Source of the DNA: Macrostomum lignano | Taxonomy: Eukaryota | DNA length: 64,000 bases | Direction: 5' to 3' | Assembly: GCA_002269645.1 (NCBI GenBank) | Contig: NIVC01001975.1 | Location: 124,001-188,000 of the forward strand | In this document: piece by piece, positions 42,501-53,597 of the stretch | Layout of the letters: every line of letters starts with the position of its first letter | Position numbering within the stretch: position 1 is the first letter of the stretch | Notes under the pieces: generated by a model | Databases searched by the model: none | What the model saw: the letters and a program-made list of their open reading frames with translations, nothing else | What the model was told of the DNA's origin: nothing | Made by a program: the position numbers and the translations under genes

Positions 42501-45167
42501 CTCGAAATGTAAGCTGGGGCTTACAAGCTAGGCCAAGCTAATCTCCCATTTGTTACGATGCACTGTTGCACTTTTCCGGTGCGCTCGTTCCGCTACTGGC
42601 GGCTGGTGCATCCAAACACTTTGTGCATCGTTTAAGATAACGTTGATCTCCGCTCTGACATCCTTCGCTCGACTTTAACGTCCATCTGACACTGCATGGA
42701 TCCATCTGACACTACATAAATCCATTTGACATACATGGATCCCTCTGACACCCCATGGACCCCCTGACACCCCATGGAGTCTTCTGACACCCCATGAATC
42801 CCTCTGACACCCCATGAATCCCTCTGACACCCCATGTATTCCTCTGACATCCCATAGATCCTTCTGACATATCATAGGTCCCTCTGACACCCATGGATCC
42901 CTCTGAGATATCATAGGTCCCTCTGACACCCCATGGATCCCTCTGAGATATCATAGGTCCCTCTGACACCCCATGGATCCCTCTGAGATATCATAGGTCC
43001 CTCTGACACCCCACGGATCCCTCTGACACCCCATGGATTCCTCTGACACCCCATGTATTCCTCTGACACCCCATAGATCCTTCTGACATATCATAGGTCC
43101 CTCTGACACCCCATGGATCCCTCTGAGATATCATAGGTCCCTCTGACACCCCATGGATCCCCTGACACCTTATGGATCCCTCTGAGATATCATAGGTCCC
43201 TCTGACACCCCATGGATCCCTCTGAGATATCATAGGTCCCTCTGACACCCCACGGATCCCTCTGACACCCCATGGATTCCTCTGACACCCCATGTATTCC
43301 TCTGACACCCCATAGATCCTTCTGACATATCATAGGTCCCTCTGACACCCCATGGATCCCTCTGAGATATCATAGGTCCCTCTGACACCCCATGGATCCC
43401 CTGACACCTTATGGATCCCTCTGAGATATCATAGGTCCCTCTGACACCCCATGGATCCCTCTGAGATATCATAGGTCCCTCTGACACCCCACGGATCCCT
43501 CTGACACCCCATGGATTCCTCTGACACCCCATGTATTCCTCTGACACCCCATAGATCCTTCTGACATATCATAGGTCCCTCTGACACCCCATGGATCCCT
43601 CTGAGATATCATAGGTCCCTCTGACACCCCACGGATCCCTCTGAGATATCATAGGTCCCTCTGACACCCCATGGATCCTTCTGACATATCATAGGTCCCT
43701 CTGACACCCCATGGATCCCCTGACACCTTATGGATCCCTCTGAGATATCATAGGTCCCTCTGACACCCCATGGATCCCTCTGAGATACTATAGGTCCCTC
43801 TGACACCCCATGGATCCCTCTGAGATATCATAGGTCCCTCTGACACCCCATGGATCCTTCTGACATATCATAGGTCCCTCTGACACCCCATGGATCCCCT
43901 GACACCTTATGGATCCCTCTGAGATATCATAGGTCCCTCTGACACCCCATGGATCCCTCTGAGATACTATAGGTCCCTCTGACACCCCATGGATCCCTCT
44001 GAGATATCATAGGTCCCTCTGACACCCCATGGATCCTTCTGACATATCATAGGTCCCTCTGACACCCCATGGATCCCCTGACACCTTATGGATCCCTCTG
44101 AGATATCATAGGTCCCTCTGACACCCCATGGATCCCTCTGAGATACTATAGGTCCCTCTGACACCCCATGGATCCCTCTGAGATATCATAGGTCCCTCTG
44201 ACACCCCATGGATCCCTCTGACACCTCATGGATCCCCTGACGCCCCAAGGGTCCCTCTGACACCTCATGGATCCCCTGACGCCCCAAGGGTCCCTCTGAC
44301 ACCCCATGGATTCCTCTGAGATATCATAGGTCCCTCTGACACCCCACGGATCCCTCTGACACCCCATGGATTCCTCTGACACCCCATGTATTCCTCTGAC
44401 ACCCCATAGATCCTTCTGACATATCATAGGTCCCTCTGACACCCCATGGATCCCTCTGAGATATCATAGGTCCCTCTGACACCCACGGATCCCTCTGAGA
44501 TATCATAGGTCCCTCTGACACCCCATGGATCCTTCTGACATATCATAGGTCCCTCTGACACCCCATGGATCCCCTGACACCTTATGGATCCCTCTGAGAT
44601 ATCATAGGTCCCTCTGACACCCCATGGATCCCTCTGAGATACTATAGGTCCCTCTGACACCCCATGGATCCCTCTGAGATATCATAGGTCCCTCTGACAC
44701 CCCATGGATCCTTCTGACATATCATAGGTCCCTCTGACACCCCATGGATCCCCTGACACCTTATGGATCCCTCTGAGATATCATAGGTCCCTCTGACACC
44801 CCATGGATCCCTCTGAGATACTATAGGTCCCTCTGACACCCCATGGATCCCTCTGAGATATCATAGGTCCCTCTGACACCCCATGGATCCCTCTGACACC
44901 TCATGGATCCCCTGACGCCCCAAGGGTCCCTCTGACACCCCATGGATTCCTCTGACATATCATGTCCCTCTGACACACACTGATCCATCTGATAACTTAC
45001 GGATCCTGCTGACATCCCTATGATAATCCAGATTGTAATTAATGCAAAGTTTCTCCCGCCCACAATTTCAGTTTAACCTGTCCACGGAGGACATGGACAT
45101 GACAAAGACTCTGGACGGCCTCATTCAAGATCTGAAAGGCCTCACAACCCGCGAGTTCGAGTGCTGA
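15980..45167 (+). CDS. DCC: Frazzled/DCC/neogenin (UNC-40)-like netrin receptor, multi-exon; 5'-most (signal peptide) exon not located
   Basis: Ig motifs GYYWC, LPC..IRWLRDG and DSGLYTC; five FN3 modules; TM WWLLIGGVFGLALLLLAVSTAVVCMC; Q/P/S-rich tail; C-terminal DMTKTLDGLIQDLKGLTTREF resembling the DCC/Frazzled P3 motif. Splice phases are consistent from exon 24762 to the stop. Confidence 0.8.
16372..17445. repeat. Intronic minisatellite, 21/42-bp units
   Basis: GAGGTCTGAGTGGGTCAAGCATGTGTTTGATTGGGTTAAACC and variants. Confidence 0.95.
17882..18078 (+). CDS. DCC-like exon (Ig end, LIINSAQLSDSGLYTC)
   Basis: The phase-2 junction with the previous exon is in frame; tgcag|...|gtgag. Confidence 0.8.
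18110..18580. repeat. Intronic minisatellite, 59-bp unit decaying into shorter variants
   Basis: GGGGTGAGATTTCAGGGTCAGGGGTGAGACTGCGGGATAAGTGTGAGATTTCGTTATTA. Confidence 0.9.
18590..19051. repeat. Intronic minisatellite, 36-bp unit (~13 copies)
   Basis: GGGGTGAGATTTCGAGGTTCTGAGGTCACTCTTGCA. Confidence 0.95.
19256..19467 (+). CDS. Probable DCC-like exon (divergent Ig; SSIYFCW)
   Basis: In frame via a phase-1 acceptor at 19255; the donor is uncertain. Confidence 0.4.
19609..21375. repeat. Intronic minisatellite, 22/24-bp units
   Basis: GTCAAGAGTATATCTGACTATT. Confidence 0.95.
21786..21883 (+). CDS. Possible DCC-like exon
   Basis: ttgcttgcag|...GACAG|gtaag, open in one frame; phases with neighbouring exons are not reconciled. 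Confidence 0.35.
22007..23927. repeat. Intronic minisatellite, 23-bp unit (~80 copies)
   Basis: GAGAATCGCCCTAATCCAGCACA. Confidence 0.95.
24502..24637 (+). CDS. Probable DCC-like exon (VVVSGVTVSDAG; Ig-to-FN3 linker)
   Basis: cgcag|...AATGCAG|gtgag. The phase-1 end fits the next exon. The Ig YxC motif is missing or frameshifted. Confidence 0.45.
24762..24844 (+). CDS. DCC-like exon (first FN3, N-half)
   Basis: APHRLINLRILSETAGRTVRVGWDRPE; ttctcag| ... GA|gtgag. Confidence 0.75.
24900..25817. repeat. Intronic minisatellite, 23-bp unit
   Basis: AGAAGAATCGCCCTTGATCTGCT. Confidence 0.95.
26688..27004. repeat. Intronic minisatellite, 31-bp unit
   Basis: GAAGCATCCGGTAGGGGTGGAGTCACCCACT. Confidence 0.95.
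27077..27567 (+). CDS. DCC-like exon (end of first FN3 + second FN3)
   Basis: Phase-2 acceptor in frame; IAPPSGLTAW..VHVAWQPP..DYIVAY..FLVRVAARTAAG; ends T|gtgag. Confidence 0.85.
27612..28095. repeat. Intronic minisatellite, 21-bp unit
   Basis: TTTGGCTCCCCTGACACCTCA. Confidence 0.95.
28127..28432 (+). repeat. 5' LTR (306 bp)
   Basis: TGTTCTGGAG...CTAGCAACCA; no difference from the 3' LTR found by eye. Confidence 0.97.
28435..28452 (+). promoter_or_regulatory. Primer-binding site, complementary to the initiator tRNA-Met 3' end
   Basis: TGGTAGCAGAGCGTGGTT, 2 nt after the LTR; animal tRNAiMet ends in ...CTCTGCTACCA. Confidence 0.75.
28497..34029 (+). CDS. BEL/Pao gag-pol polyprotein, split into three ORFs by two apparent 1-nt deletions (~29170, ~30730)
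   Basis: IPTFYGEKQQYEAWKAAF; three zinc knuckles (CVVCKEAHDLWKC, CFRCLGHGHTGMNC, CGVDGCTKSHHRLLH); protease LLDDAST; RT YMDD; RNase H HCFVDASEKAYGAV; integrase HHCC, IDFGGP, SDNGTNF, GGVHESMIK; C-terminal WRRWLREWL...HWPLARV. Confidence 0.93.
34639..34651 (+). promoter_or_regulatory. Polypurine tract
   Basis: AAGGTGGGGGGTA immediately before the 3' LTR. Confidence 0.8.
34652..34957 (+). repeat. 3' LTR (306 bp)
   Basis: Copy of 28127-28432, followed by the ATAAT TSD. Confidence 0.97.
35331..35585 (+). CDS. DCC-like exon (third FN3, N-part)
   Basis: SILLSWIRPSHVLPDKYIITYG...FQIINL; phase 1 on both sides; splices across the BEL element. Confidence 0.85.
35695..36150. repeat. Intronic minisatellite, 23-bp unit
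   Basis: GATGGGATCTAGATGACGGGATA. Confidence 0.93.
36512..36558. repeat. (GT)n microsatellite
   Basis: Direct reading. Confidence 0.95.
37643..37837 (-). mobile_element. tRNA-derived SINE (antisense, intronic)
   Basis: The minus strand starts GGGGGCCGTAGCCCAGCGGTAGCGC (A box) ... GGCTCGATTCC (B box). The anticodon arm is degenerate and is followed by a non-tRNA body ending near AATAAAG. Confidence 0.7.
38522..38614 (+). CDS. DCC-like exon (third FN3, C-part)
   Basis: Joins to give L|KPNTRYFICITALKG. Confidence 0.85.
38865..39211. repeat. Degenerate (GACA/GATA)n microsatellite
   Basis: Direct reading. Confidence 0.9.
39237..39878 (+). CDS. DCC-like exon (fourth and fifth FN3)
   Basis: PMALKATQVGSRNATVSWTD..GLRPSTAYSVRV; APGSPPRDL..LSWLPPLEPNGKITKYTVLY..GLRTSTHYYFRVRAGNSEGFGP. 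Confidence 0.92.
39897..40240. repeat. Intronic minisatellite, 21-bp unit
   Basis: GGGATTCTTGTGAATCTGGTT. Confidence 0.95.
40284..40337 (+). CDS. DCC-like small juxtamembrane exon
   Basis: ccgcag|CGTCT...CGTG|gtgag; 54 nt, phase 1/1. Confidence 0.65.
40426..41130 (+). CDS. DCC-like exon (transmembrane helix + polyQ/P cytoplasmic region)
   Basis: Hydrophobic helix followed by QQRRPRR; ends C|gtgag. Confidence 0.85.
41171..42228. repeat. Intronic minisatellite, 24-bp unit
   Basis: GAGGGAGTGACAATGCTCTGAGTA. Confidence 0.95.
42252..42508 (+). CDS. DCC-like cytoplasmic exon
   Basis: ctgcag|CCGGCAAG...AAT|gtaag; in frame. Confidence 0.75.
42680..44975. repeat. Intronic composite 19/20-bp minisatellite with higher-order periods of 179 and 239 bp
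   Basis: Units CCCTCTGACACCCCATGGAT / CCCTCTGAGATATCATAGGT. Near-identical antisense ORFs recur at 43609/43788/43967 (179 bp) and 42991/43230 (239 bp). Confidence 0.92.
45072..45167 (+). CDS. DCC-like last coding exon (P3 motif)
   Basis: tttcag|FNLSTEDMDMTKTLDGLIQDLKGLTTREFEC*. Confidence 0.88.
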   Translation, partial: FNLSTEDMDMTKTLDGLIQDLKGLTTREFEC

Positions 45168-47945
45168 CTGGCTTACAAGAACAATTTTTCTGTACAAAGG
45201 CACGCAGCTGAGACAGACAGATCATCAGCCCCTTTCATTCTTTAGATAGTCTATATACAAAATTTACGTATCAGTTTTTTACCTGAGTGCTTATACTTTT
45301 TCTATACTTATTCTTACATGTGTTTTATCGAGTCAGTTTAGTCCAATGACTATATTTTGGGCCACTGTTTTGTACCTGAGTACTAATTAACTAGTATTTC
45401 CTGCTCCAAGCAGCTCTTGATTTTGACCGGTTGTTTGCGCGCGCGCGTCTCTTTTCGTTTCAATTACCTTTTTCCCCAGCTGCAACTCTCCTACTGCTTC
45501 TTTGCTTCTTTCATGCCTTTTTCGTTGTTACTACTTACTATACTACTTACTCTACGCGCACAGATCAAGTTGTTTTTATAAGGTTGTGTGTAACTGGCCT
45601 CTTTTTTTACGCGCAAATTTGAATAGTTTGGTTTCTAAACGGCGTTCCTGTTCGTTAGTTTATTTTTTGTGTGCACTTTGCATTTCTAGGAATAAAAATT
45701 GGGGGAGCGGCTTTTCTAGTCCAAGGGGCAAATCAAATAAACAGCAGTTTTTTTATCAATTCTCTTGCACTATTATAATAAAAGCTCAGCGAACTGTTGA
45801 CTATTGTTGCAATTTCACGTCGTATGTCAATCGTATGTAACCTACATGTAAATTGATCTACTGTACATCCGAATCATAACTATAAATATACTCACTTTTT
45901 ATCTGTCTTACCTGATTAAATTTATACACCTTCTTCCGTTGTTTGTTCATCGATTTCGGTCACGTGACTTGGTCAAAGCTCAAACTGCAATAAATCACGG
46001 AGCGTATTTGCCTGCTTTTAATGGTATTCCAAATCTTGCAAGCATGAATGCTTAAAAACGACTGTGAATAAATAAATTTTTGATTGTTCAAAGACATTCA
46101 AAGACAAAGTTAACATGCGCACATACATATACATGTAAACCTTTGAATCAAATTAAAATGTATTCACTTTAAAATGCAGTTAACGAGATATGGGATTTTT
46201 AACCACAAAATTGTCTATTTCTTATCTTTGAACACCGAAGATCATGGGAAGCTGCCTACAAGCTTTATGGACTTTGGTCATGGAAATGTACTATTGGAAA
46301 ACAGCTGAAAGTGTAACTATTATTAATTGAGATTTATCAACAGATTATTCTCGTCCTACAATTTTAAGGATGGGATCAAAACCCTTTTTTGATGAACTAA
46401 CTCTACGAAATTATGATCCGTATAGACGACACTTCAATTGCGCTTCTCTTGTTTTCTATATTGGCAACTGCACTTGTCTAATTGATCGGACTGGAATCAA
46501 ACTGAAACTCAATTTTTATAGTTGAAGAGTAAAGCTGCATAAATAAATTTTGTGACATTGCAAGTGTGTCATCCAACCTGATTAAATATAATTAAGCGAA
46601 CCTGCATAAAAACGTTAGAGCGAAAACAGTTAAACAAAATATTCCACAAAAAACTTGCGAATATAGATTTCGTTGTAGAGTAAATTAAAAAGTAGCTTTA
46701 AAAACTCATTAAGGTGATAAAAGTTTCTTTTAGTTGAAATGTAAATTGCCCTCGAGTACAGGAGAACGTTTTTTCAAATTTTCGTGGTTTGCCAAACCGT
46801 GCTACGTGCTGCTGCAGTTATTGGATTCAATAAAGTTTCAGGTAAGTTCGTAGATCATTTTTTACATGTACATCGATTAAAAATTAGTTGACTTCCAATT
46901 TTAGGTTCTTAAGTATTGAAAGAACTGTAGAAAAATTGTTCAACCGATTTCATTTTTTTACAATGCTAGCATGCAGTACTAGTGCTTTTTTGCATACAGT
47001 ATTTTTTTAAATACTTAAGGAGTGCGATTAGTGAAGTATAGTCAGATGCTTGCAAATAACTTGCATCGTATGTGTTAAATTATATATTGGCAATAAGCTA
47101 TAAAACAATAGTAAAACAGTATTCATATCAAAAGGTGACTATGACATTAACCAGAACATATAGATATTGAAAAAGCAAAAAAAACAGTATACATTGAGTA
47201 CTTAAACTTAACCCATTGTATTCTCAAATTATTTAAAACAGAAAATCAACTGTTTATAAATAGTTTTTTTAACGATTTTTACAATCAATGCTTTAACTAA
47301 TTTTTATGATGATCCTTACCACTCCTAGATTTCAGGGTAATAAAATAAAATTTTTTAATTTCTTAAATGCTGTTACTTTTTCTACGCTTATTCTGAACTT
47401 TTATTTTGGTCGATTTTTACAATATAGTATTAAAATTCTTATATTTCACAATTTTTTTATTTAAGCCACCTGCCTTTATTGATAAATGTACAAACACAAA
47501 TAAAATACATACTATTGCAACTCAATAAATTTTATCTAATGCATTTGAAATGCATTTAAACTATTAAGCTTTGCAACTTCTTTGAAGTTATATTTTCTAA
47601 GGTATGCTGATAGTAAGAGGCTAGCTTAATCCACAATTAATGATCTATAAACTTTAATTTAAAAGTAAAATGCTGTTACTATTATTTGCTATTATTTGTT
47701 TTGAATAAAAAGTCACCATTAAAAAGAAACTAATTAATCTCTAGCTCATAATAACTCATGACTCATTATTTGAAAACAAATAATAGAATGATGGAACCAG
47801 ATGATGGAACAACCAATGAAATCTATAAGGATATTTATTTTAATCACGTATAAGTTAATGCCTTTTAAATTAAAAAATGCACCATTATGCCTTGTAGTTA
47901 TAACTTTATTAAGCAACCTATTCTTTCAGAACAATCAAGTTGCTA

Positions 47946-50203
47946 ATGGCAATGATGGAACAGCACAGCAGCACCTATCACGAGTTAGTCCCATGCAACC
48001 CGCAAGATTTCTCAGCGCAGGAAAGACCGACCGACTGCGTCACCGGGCCCGTTCTGCAGTGCGCCACCTGCGACAAGCCGTTCCTATTCGAGAGTCACAT
48101 GCTGCAGCACCAGCGGGTCCATCTGCTATCCTTCCTGCGCCGGTCCTTGGCCAGGCGATCCAACGGTTTCCGCGTCGTCTGCACCCTCAGCCTGGAAGCG
48201 GCCACGATGCCGCTGTCCAGGATGGCCTCGGCCGAGCCGCTGCCGCTTGATCCGGTTCGAATCAGGGCTAGGGAGAAGTTCAACGACCAGCTCGATGTTC
48301 TGAGTTTGACTGGCGATAGGGCGCTCAATATCTGGCCGCGCAGGTGCGAGATCCCATTTGCTAGTGGCATAATCACATCAGTAGATGCACCAGAGAATTT
48401 AGCCTATTGAGCTTTGGTAATGGGGGCCTATCGAGAAGCTCGCATAATATAAGGAGGCCTAACGCACCTGACTCAAAGACTACTCAAAGCAAAGTTGTTT
48501 TTTAACTACAATGATTTTAACATTGAGAAAAATAAGACAATATTGACTTTTAGGCGTAGGCTTTTCATAAATATGGCCTATATTAGCCTAATATAATTAA
48601 ACGCCTTCCATTCTACTTTACTGAAGGCTCATTACTGTTTGTAAAGATTATAATTTATAAAATTATTACTTAATATTAGCTAAGCATGAAAAATAAGATT
48701 CTTAAAACGAATGAATCGAGTTGTGCAACATTTGTTTCCGGTAAAACCTAAATTCCTAAAATTTTCCGAGAAACTTTAGGAGTCCTTGGTCTGACACTAT
48801 ATATTGCACTGCAGACGAGCCTACGAGTGCCGCCTGTGCCGCCTGCAGTTCGGCCTCAAACGAGTGGCGCTCGATCACGCCGAGCAGCACTCGCAGTCGG
48901 CTAAGTGCAATTTCTGCGGCCTCGACTGTCAATCAGTGGAAGCAAAATTAGCTCACGAGCGGCGGCAGCACAAGGAGGACATTCGCAAAGCTGTGAAAGC
49001 CCGGCGCCAGTCCAAGGCTGCGAAGGTCAAGGCTGAGGGCGCCGCGGCAGATTCGAGCAGCGCTCAGGGTAGGGTGGATTCCAAGAGCTCAAATGCTGGG
49101 CAGAAGAAATGTCAAGTAGGGGATTCAAGGGTCTAGGCCTTGGGGAATTACCTGCGGGAGATTTTCTCGGGTAATTTCCCAGCTTCTCGGGGCGCCAGCT
49201 ACAGAGGGGGCGCCAGCTACAGAGGGGGCGCCAGCTATAGAGGGGGCGACAGATACAGAGGGGGTGCCAGCTACAGAGGGGGCGACAGCTACAGAGGGGG
49301 CGACAGCTACAGAGGGGGTGCCAGCTACAGAGGGGGCGACAGCTACAGAGGGGGTGCCAGCTACAGAGGGGGGGTGACAGATACAGAGGGTCAGGCGCAT
49401 TTTTATTATAGTATAATCACTTTTATTACTATCTCAACCTGTTCTCCGGCATCCTGCAGCCGCTCAAACTTTCTATCCGCATTTGGAAGCTCCGCTCGCT
49501 GGTTCCGCGTTCACCGAGCAGTATGGTTAGTACGGGTTCGGGTGGCTGTGCTACACTATATTCTGTTATTTTTATGGTTCAAGTTGAATAAAACAAGATT
49601 TTCACCCAGCGGGGGAGTCCGCTAGTCCACTATACTAGTTTTTCTTATCTTCACACTCCGCCCTGCCGATACTCCGCAGCCACCATACTGCAGTGCCAGA
49701 ACTGTCACTACTGCTTCACTAGTCTGGCCGCCCTCACCGATCACGTGACTAATTATCGCTGCCAGCCGGCGCAGCCAAGCGGAGATATCGACCCGTCTGG
49801 CGCCTTGGCCTTCGCCATCGGCAGCTCCGCCGGAGCGACAGACGGCAGCGACGGTCAACAGCAGTCGTCAGCGTCGTCGATGTTTGTCGACGCCGCGTCA
49901 GAGTCGCTCCGTCTGGTGTCCAGCAACGAGCTGCAGTGCATCCAGGGCCTGTACCATCTCAGGGGCGCCGTCGGCGAGGCCGCCCAGCCGCAGGACCAGC
50001 CGCAGCCAATCTACTATGTTGACAGCTCGGCCATCGATCCCCGGCTCTACATGCCGGTTAGCGAGGCCGGCTACCTGCCTGTAGAGAGCCTGGCCCAGCA
50101 GCAGCAGCAGTACTACTATGCCTATCCGGCCCCGCCGATGCCTCAGCAGGAATTGCCGTCGCAGCCTGAGCCCGACGAGCAGTCAAATATTGGCGACTCC
50201 TGA
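47946..50203 (+). CDS. C2H2/C2HC zinc-finger protein; exons 47946-48343, 48815-49068, (49460-49501), 49680-50203
   Basis: CATCDKPFLFESHMLQHQRVH; CRLCRLQFGLKRVALDHAEQH; CNFCGLDCQSVEAKLAHERRQH; CQNCHYCFTSLAALTDHVTNYRC; Q/P/Y-rich C-terminus. Splice phases 2 and 1 are consistent. A likely UTR exon donor is at 46841|gtaag. Confidence 0.82.
49192..49385. repeat. Intronic minisatellite, 18-bp unit
   Basis: GCCAGCTACAGAGGGGGC. Confidence 0.92.
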
Positions 50204-51654
50204 GACTTCTCTCTCGCCCAGTCGATATATGCTACTGATGAGCAGTAGTTAGATCGTTTTGCTCAGAAAAAGCGAAAAAAAAATTTAACTAGCTTTGGTT
50301 TTCCTTTTGTTTTGAACTTATTAGACCGGTTTACGTTTTGCTGAGTTTTGAAGAAATTTTTTAATATAGAAAATTATATAAAAAACACTTCATTTATTGT
50401 TTCTGTGTTTCCTGCTTATCTGTTTTGACAATTCGCTGTCAGTTATTTGTTGTTAAATTACAATAAACCGATTTTCGTGGATGTTTACAACTGTTAATGG
50501 TTTATTTTTGTGTTTTTTCAGTTCTTTTTTCGTCTTCTGGCCATTCGGTATTGTTGCAGATGTTTACACAACGTTTTCTTGAGCTTTTGAGGCCATTTAT
50601 AATTGTCAATTTCTGGTAATAATAAAAATCTGCTAGACCTGCAACCACTCCAAAGTGGCTCATTGATATATTTTGTTCTTACTTTATTGCTTTAACGGTT
50701 TTCGGTTGGTTACAGTTATAATCTGCTGGAGCTACTAAGATATCTTGTAGGCTGCAGTAGTTCTTGAGCACAAGCAGCGATGTCGCATGCGGTGCTGCTC
50801 AGATAAGACATTTATGACTTGTCCGTTATCGCGTTCCAAGGATTAAATGAGCTAAGCTTTCAATAAAATGAAGTCTGGCCATTGAGTACAAGTTAAGTCT
50901 GTAACTGGTCTGAGATCTGGCTTGGCAGCAGCCCCATTGTCACACTGTGTAGCCACTGCGACTGCTTCGGATTGTGCTCAAATTCCGATAAAGCAACCCT
51001 ACAGAGTAAGATAACAGACCCGAGTCAGTAGCTCTATAGGCGCAAATTTTATATTTGCTTGTTGTACAGACCTGCGCATTGGGTACGGTCGATGCTTTCA
51101 GTCATGTGGGCTCCAAGGGCACATGGCAGTTTAAATTTTATTTAACCAAATACCTATGCAATTCAATAGAAGTACGTAAATATGTATATATAAAATTTGT
51201 ACTTTTACTGGATTATTTGCAATCAGAAATTTATATAGGAAATTATAGAATCACAGGCAAAAAATGGTGAAAACAGTAACAAGAGCGGCATTCTGGATAG
51301 CATAAGGCATGACACGGATTAGTGAAAAGTTCAAGGTTTTTATGCTTCTCAAAAATAGTTCATCTCGAAGACTGGGGATATTTTTTACGAGCTATCTTTG
51401 CGAAATGATGTCGAGCAAGGAATATATTTTTTGTAATCTCGTTTGTGTTGTAATCTCGTTTTAATTTAGGCGAACCAGCAGAGTAACAGGGTTTTATTAA
51501 GCATCTGTCTCTGTCTACAGTTCATTTCAATCTTCATATTAAATTAATTCCCCCGATACTCCGGAGCCTCTTACCCGCAAACAACGATTTTTTTGTTTAA
51601 ACGAAGCCAATTAAATTTGGCGCGAATTCAAAAATGGAAGAGTCAAATTCTCTG

Positions 51655-52292
51655 TTACATCCGTTGATAGGAGCGACCTGTTCGCCGTTTGTAGAACGTG
51701 AAGGCGAACAGGCCGAGGGCTACCAGGCCAGCGCCCAGGGCGATGCCGCCAACAAACGAGCCGGCGTCGAAGCCGCCAGACGGCGGAGCTGTCGTCGTCG
51801 GGGCCTTCGACGTTGTGCCGCTTGTCGTCGGCGCGGCGGTTGTGCCGGAGCTGTCTGGCGTGCTCTGCGGCTCGGCTGATGTTGAGTTGTCCGATGGGCC
51901 GGTCGTTGTGAAGCCGCTTGTAGATTCTGTTGAGCCAGTCGTCTGGTCGGTTGAGACCGTGGTGTTATTGTCTGCGCTCAGATCCCACTCCGAGTCGTCA
52001 AGCTGTGCCACTGAGTCGTCCAACTGAGGCAGGGGGCTGCCTGCTCAATGAAATTGAGAATAGTTTATCTGCTGGCAAAGCCTGACATAAAGTTACATAA
52101 AAATAATAAAAAATGTATAAAAATGAGTAGTTTTGTTTTATACTAAATGCAGACTCGCAACAGCGCCGAATATAAGCAGAAAACGCGTTGAAACAAACAG
52201 ACTGCTAGTTGGCACTCACAATGATGCACAGCAAAAGCAGCAAAAATTGAAGCAATCAGCAGCAGCGAAATCCTGCTGTTGTAGATCTTCAT
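51655..52292 (-). CDS. CD164/endolyn/porimin-family sialomucin, paralog 1; exons 52292-52220 and 52040-51655
   Basis: Signal peptide MKIYNSRISLLLIASIFAAFAVHHC; S/T-rich ectodomain; FDAGSFVGGIALGAGLVALGLFAFTFYKRR, the family-type juxtamembrane/TM motif; terminal YQRM (YxxPhi). Confidence 0.85.
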
Positions 52293-52789
52293 CCTGGCAA
52301 AACCAAAGTATTAAATGAGTAATAAAATTGCCACGGGGATTACGTAGATAGTTTTCAGACAGCTCTGGTAGATCTGAATACAGAATTCAAATTCTTAATT
52401 TAAATTTGCGCCAATAGCGCTTATCGCTAGCGATTAATTATAACAAGTTATACCGTTGAAAATAGCTTATCAACAATGACTAAAATAATGTGAAGCGTCC
52501 TCTTGTATGTTGCTTGTAAATAAAGCTGTGAGTATGGCTTTGCTATTTCATTATTTCAACTGAGTCGTAAATTCTGATTAGGCGTTTTTTGCCGAAAGAA
52601 AATTTGTTTGCAACGCTATATTGAGGTTGGATTTAATATTAAATTATTATAAACAATAATATGTTGTCAGAAATTATTCATTACGTTTTTATTGCTAGTT
52701 TTCAATGTGCATTTTTTATGCTTTTGTAACTTACATTGCACTAAGCAACTTAAAAGTGTCGCATGATGGAAAACACGTTCGACGTAGTA

Positions 52790-53597
52790 GCTCGCAAACT
52801 TCCACAAGCATCCTTTGGCTGGCAAACTTCCTCCACAAGCATCCTTTGGCTGGCAAACTTCCTGCACAAGCATCCCTTGGCTGGCAAACTTCCACAAGCA
52901 TCCTTTGGCTGGCAAACTTCCTGCACAAGCATCCCTTGGCTGGCAAACTTCCACAAGCATCCTTTGGCTCGCAAACTTCCACAAGCATCCTTTGGCTGGC
53001 AAACTTTCACAAGCATCCTTTGGCTGGCAAACTTCCACAAGCATCCTTTGGCTGGCAAACTTTCACAAGCATCCTTTGGCTGGCAAACTTTCACAAGCAT
53101 CCTTTGGCTGGCAAACTTCCACAAGCATCATTTGGCTGGCAAACTTCCACAAGCATCCTTTGGCTCGCAAACTTCCACAAGCATCCTTTGGCTGGCAAAC
53201 TTTCACAAGCATCCTTTGGCTGGCAAACTTCCACAAGCATCATTTGGCTGGCAAACTTCCACAAGCATCCTTTGGCTGGCAAACTTCCACAAGCATAATT
53301 TGGCTGGCAAACTTCCACAAGCATCCTTTGGCTCGCAAACTTCCACAAGCATCCTTTGGCTGGCAAACTTTCACAAGCATCCTTTGGCTGGCAAACTTCC
53401 ACAAGCATCATTTGGCTGGCAAACTTCCACAAGCATAATTTGGCTGGCAAACTTCCACAAGCATAATTTGGCTGGTAAACTTCCACAAGCATAATTTGGC
53501 TCGCAAACTTCCACAAGCATAATTTGGCTGGCAAACTTCCACAAGCATAATTTGGCTCGCAAACTTCCACAAGCATCATTTGGCTAGCAAACTTCCG
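52790..53597. repeat. Intergenic minisatellite, 28-bp unit
   Basis: AAACTTCCACAAGCATCCTTTGGCTGGC. Confidence 0.95.

Noticed and set aside
49140-49625. RGG-like (RGGASY)n ORF
   Set aside because: It lies in the zinc-finger gene intron and arises from the 18-bp minisatellite; no supporting splice context.
50700-51100. GC-richer patch between the zinc-finger and sialomucin genes, considered as an exon or ncRNA
   Set aside because: Short frames with no motif, no consistent splice pair and no recognisable RNA family.
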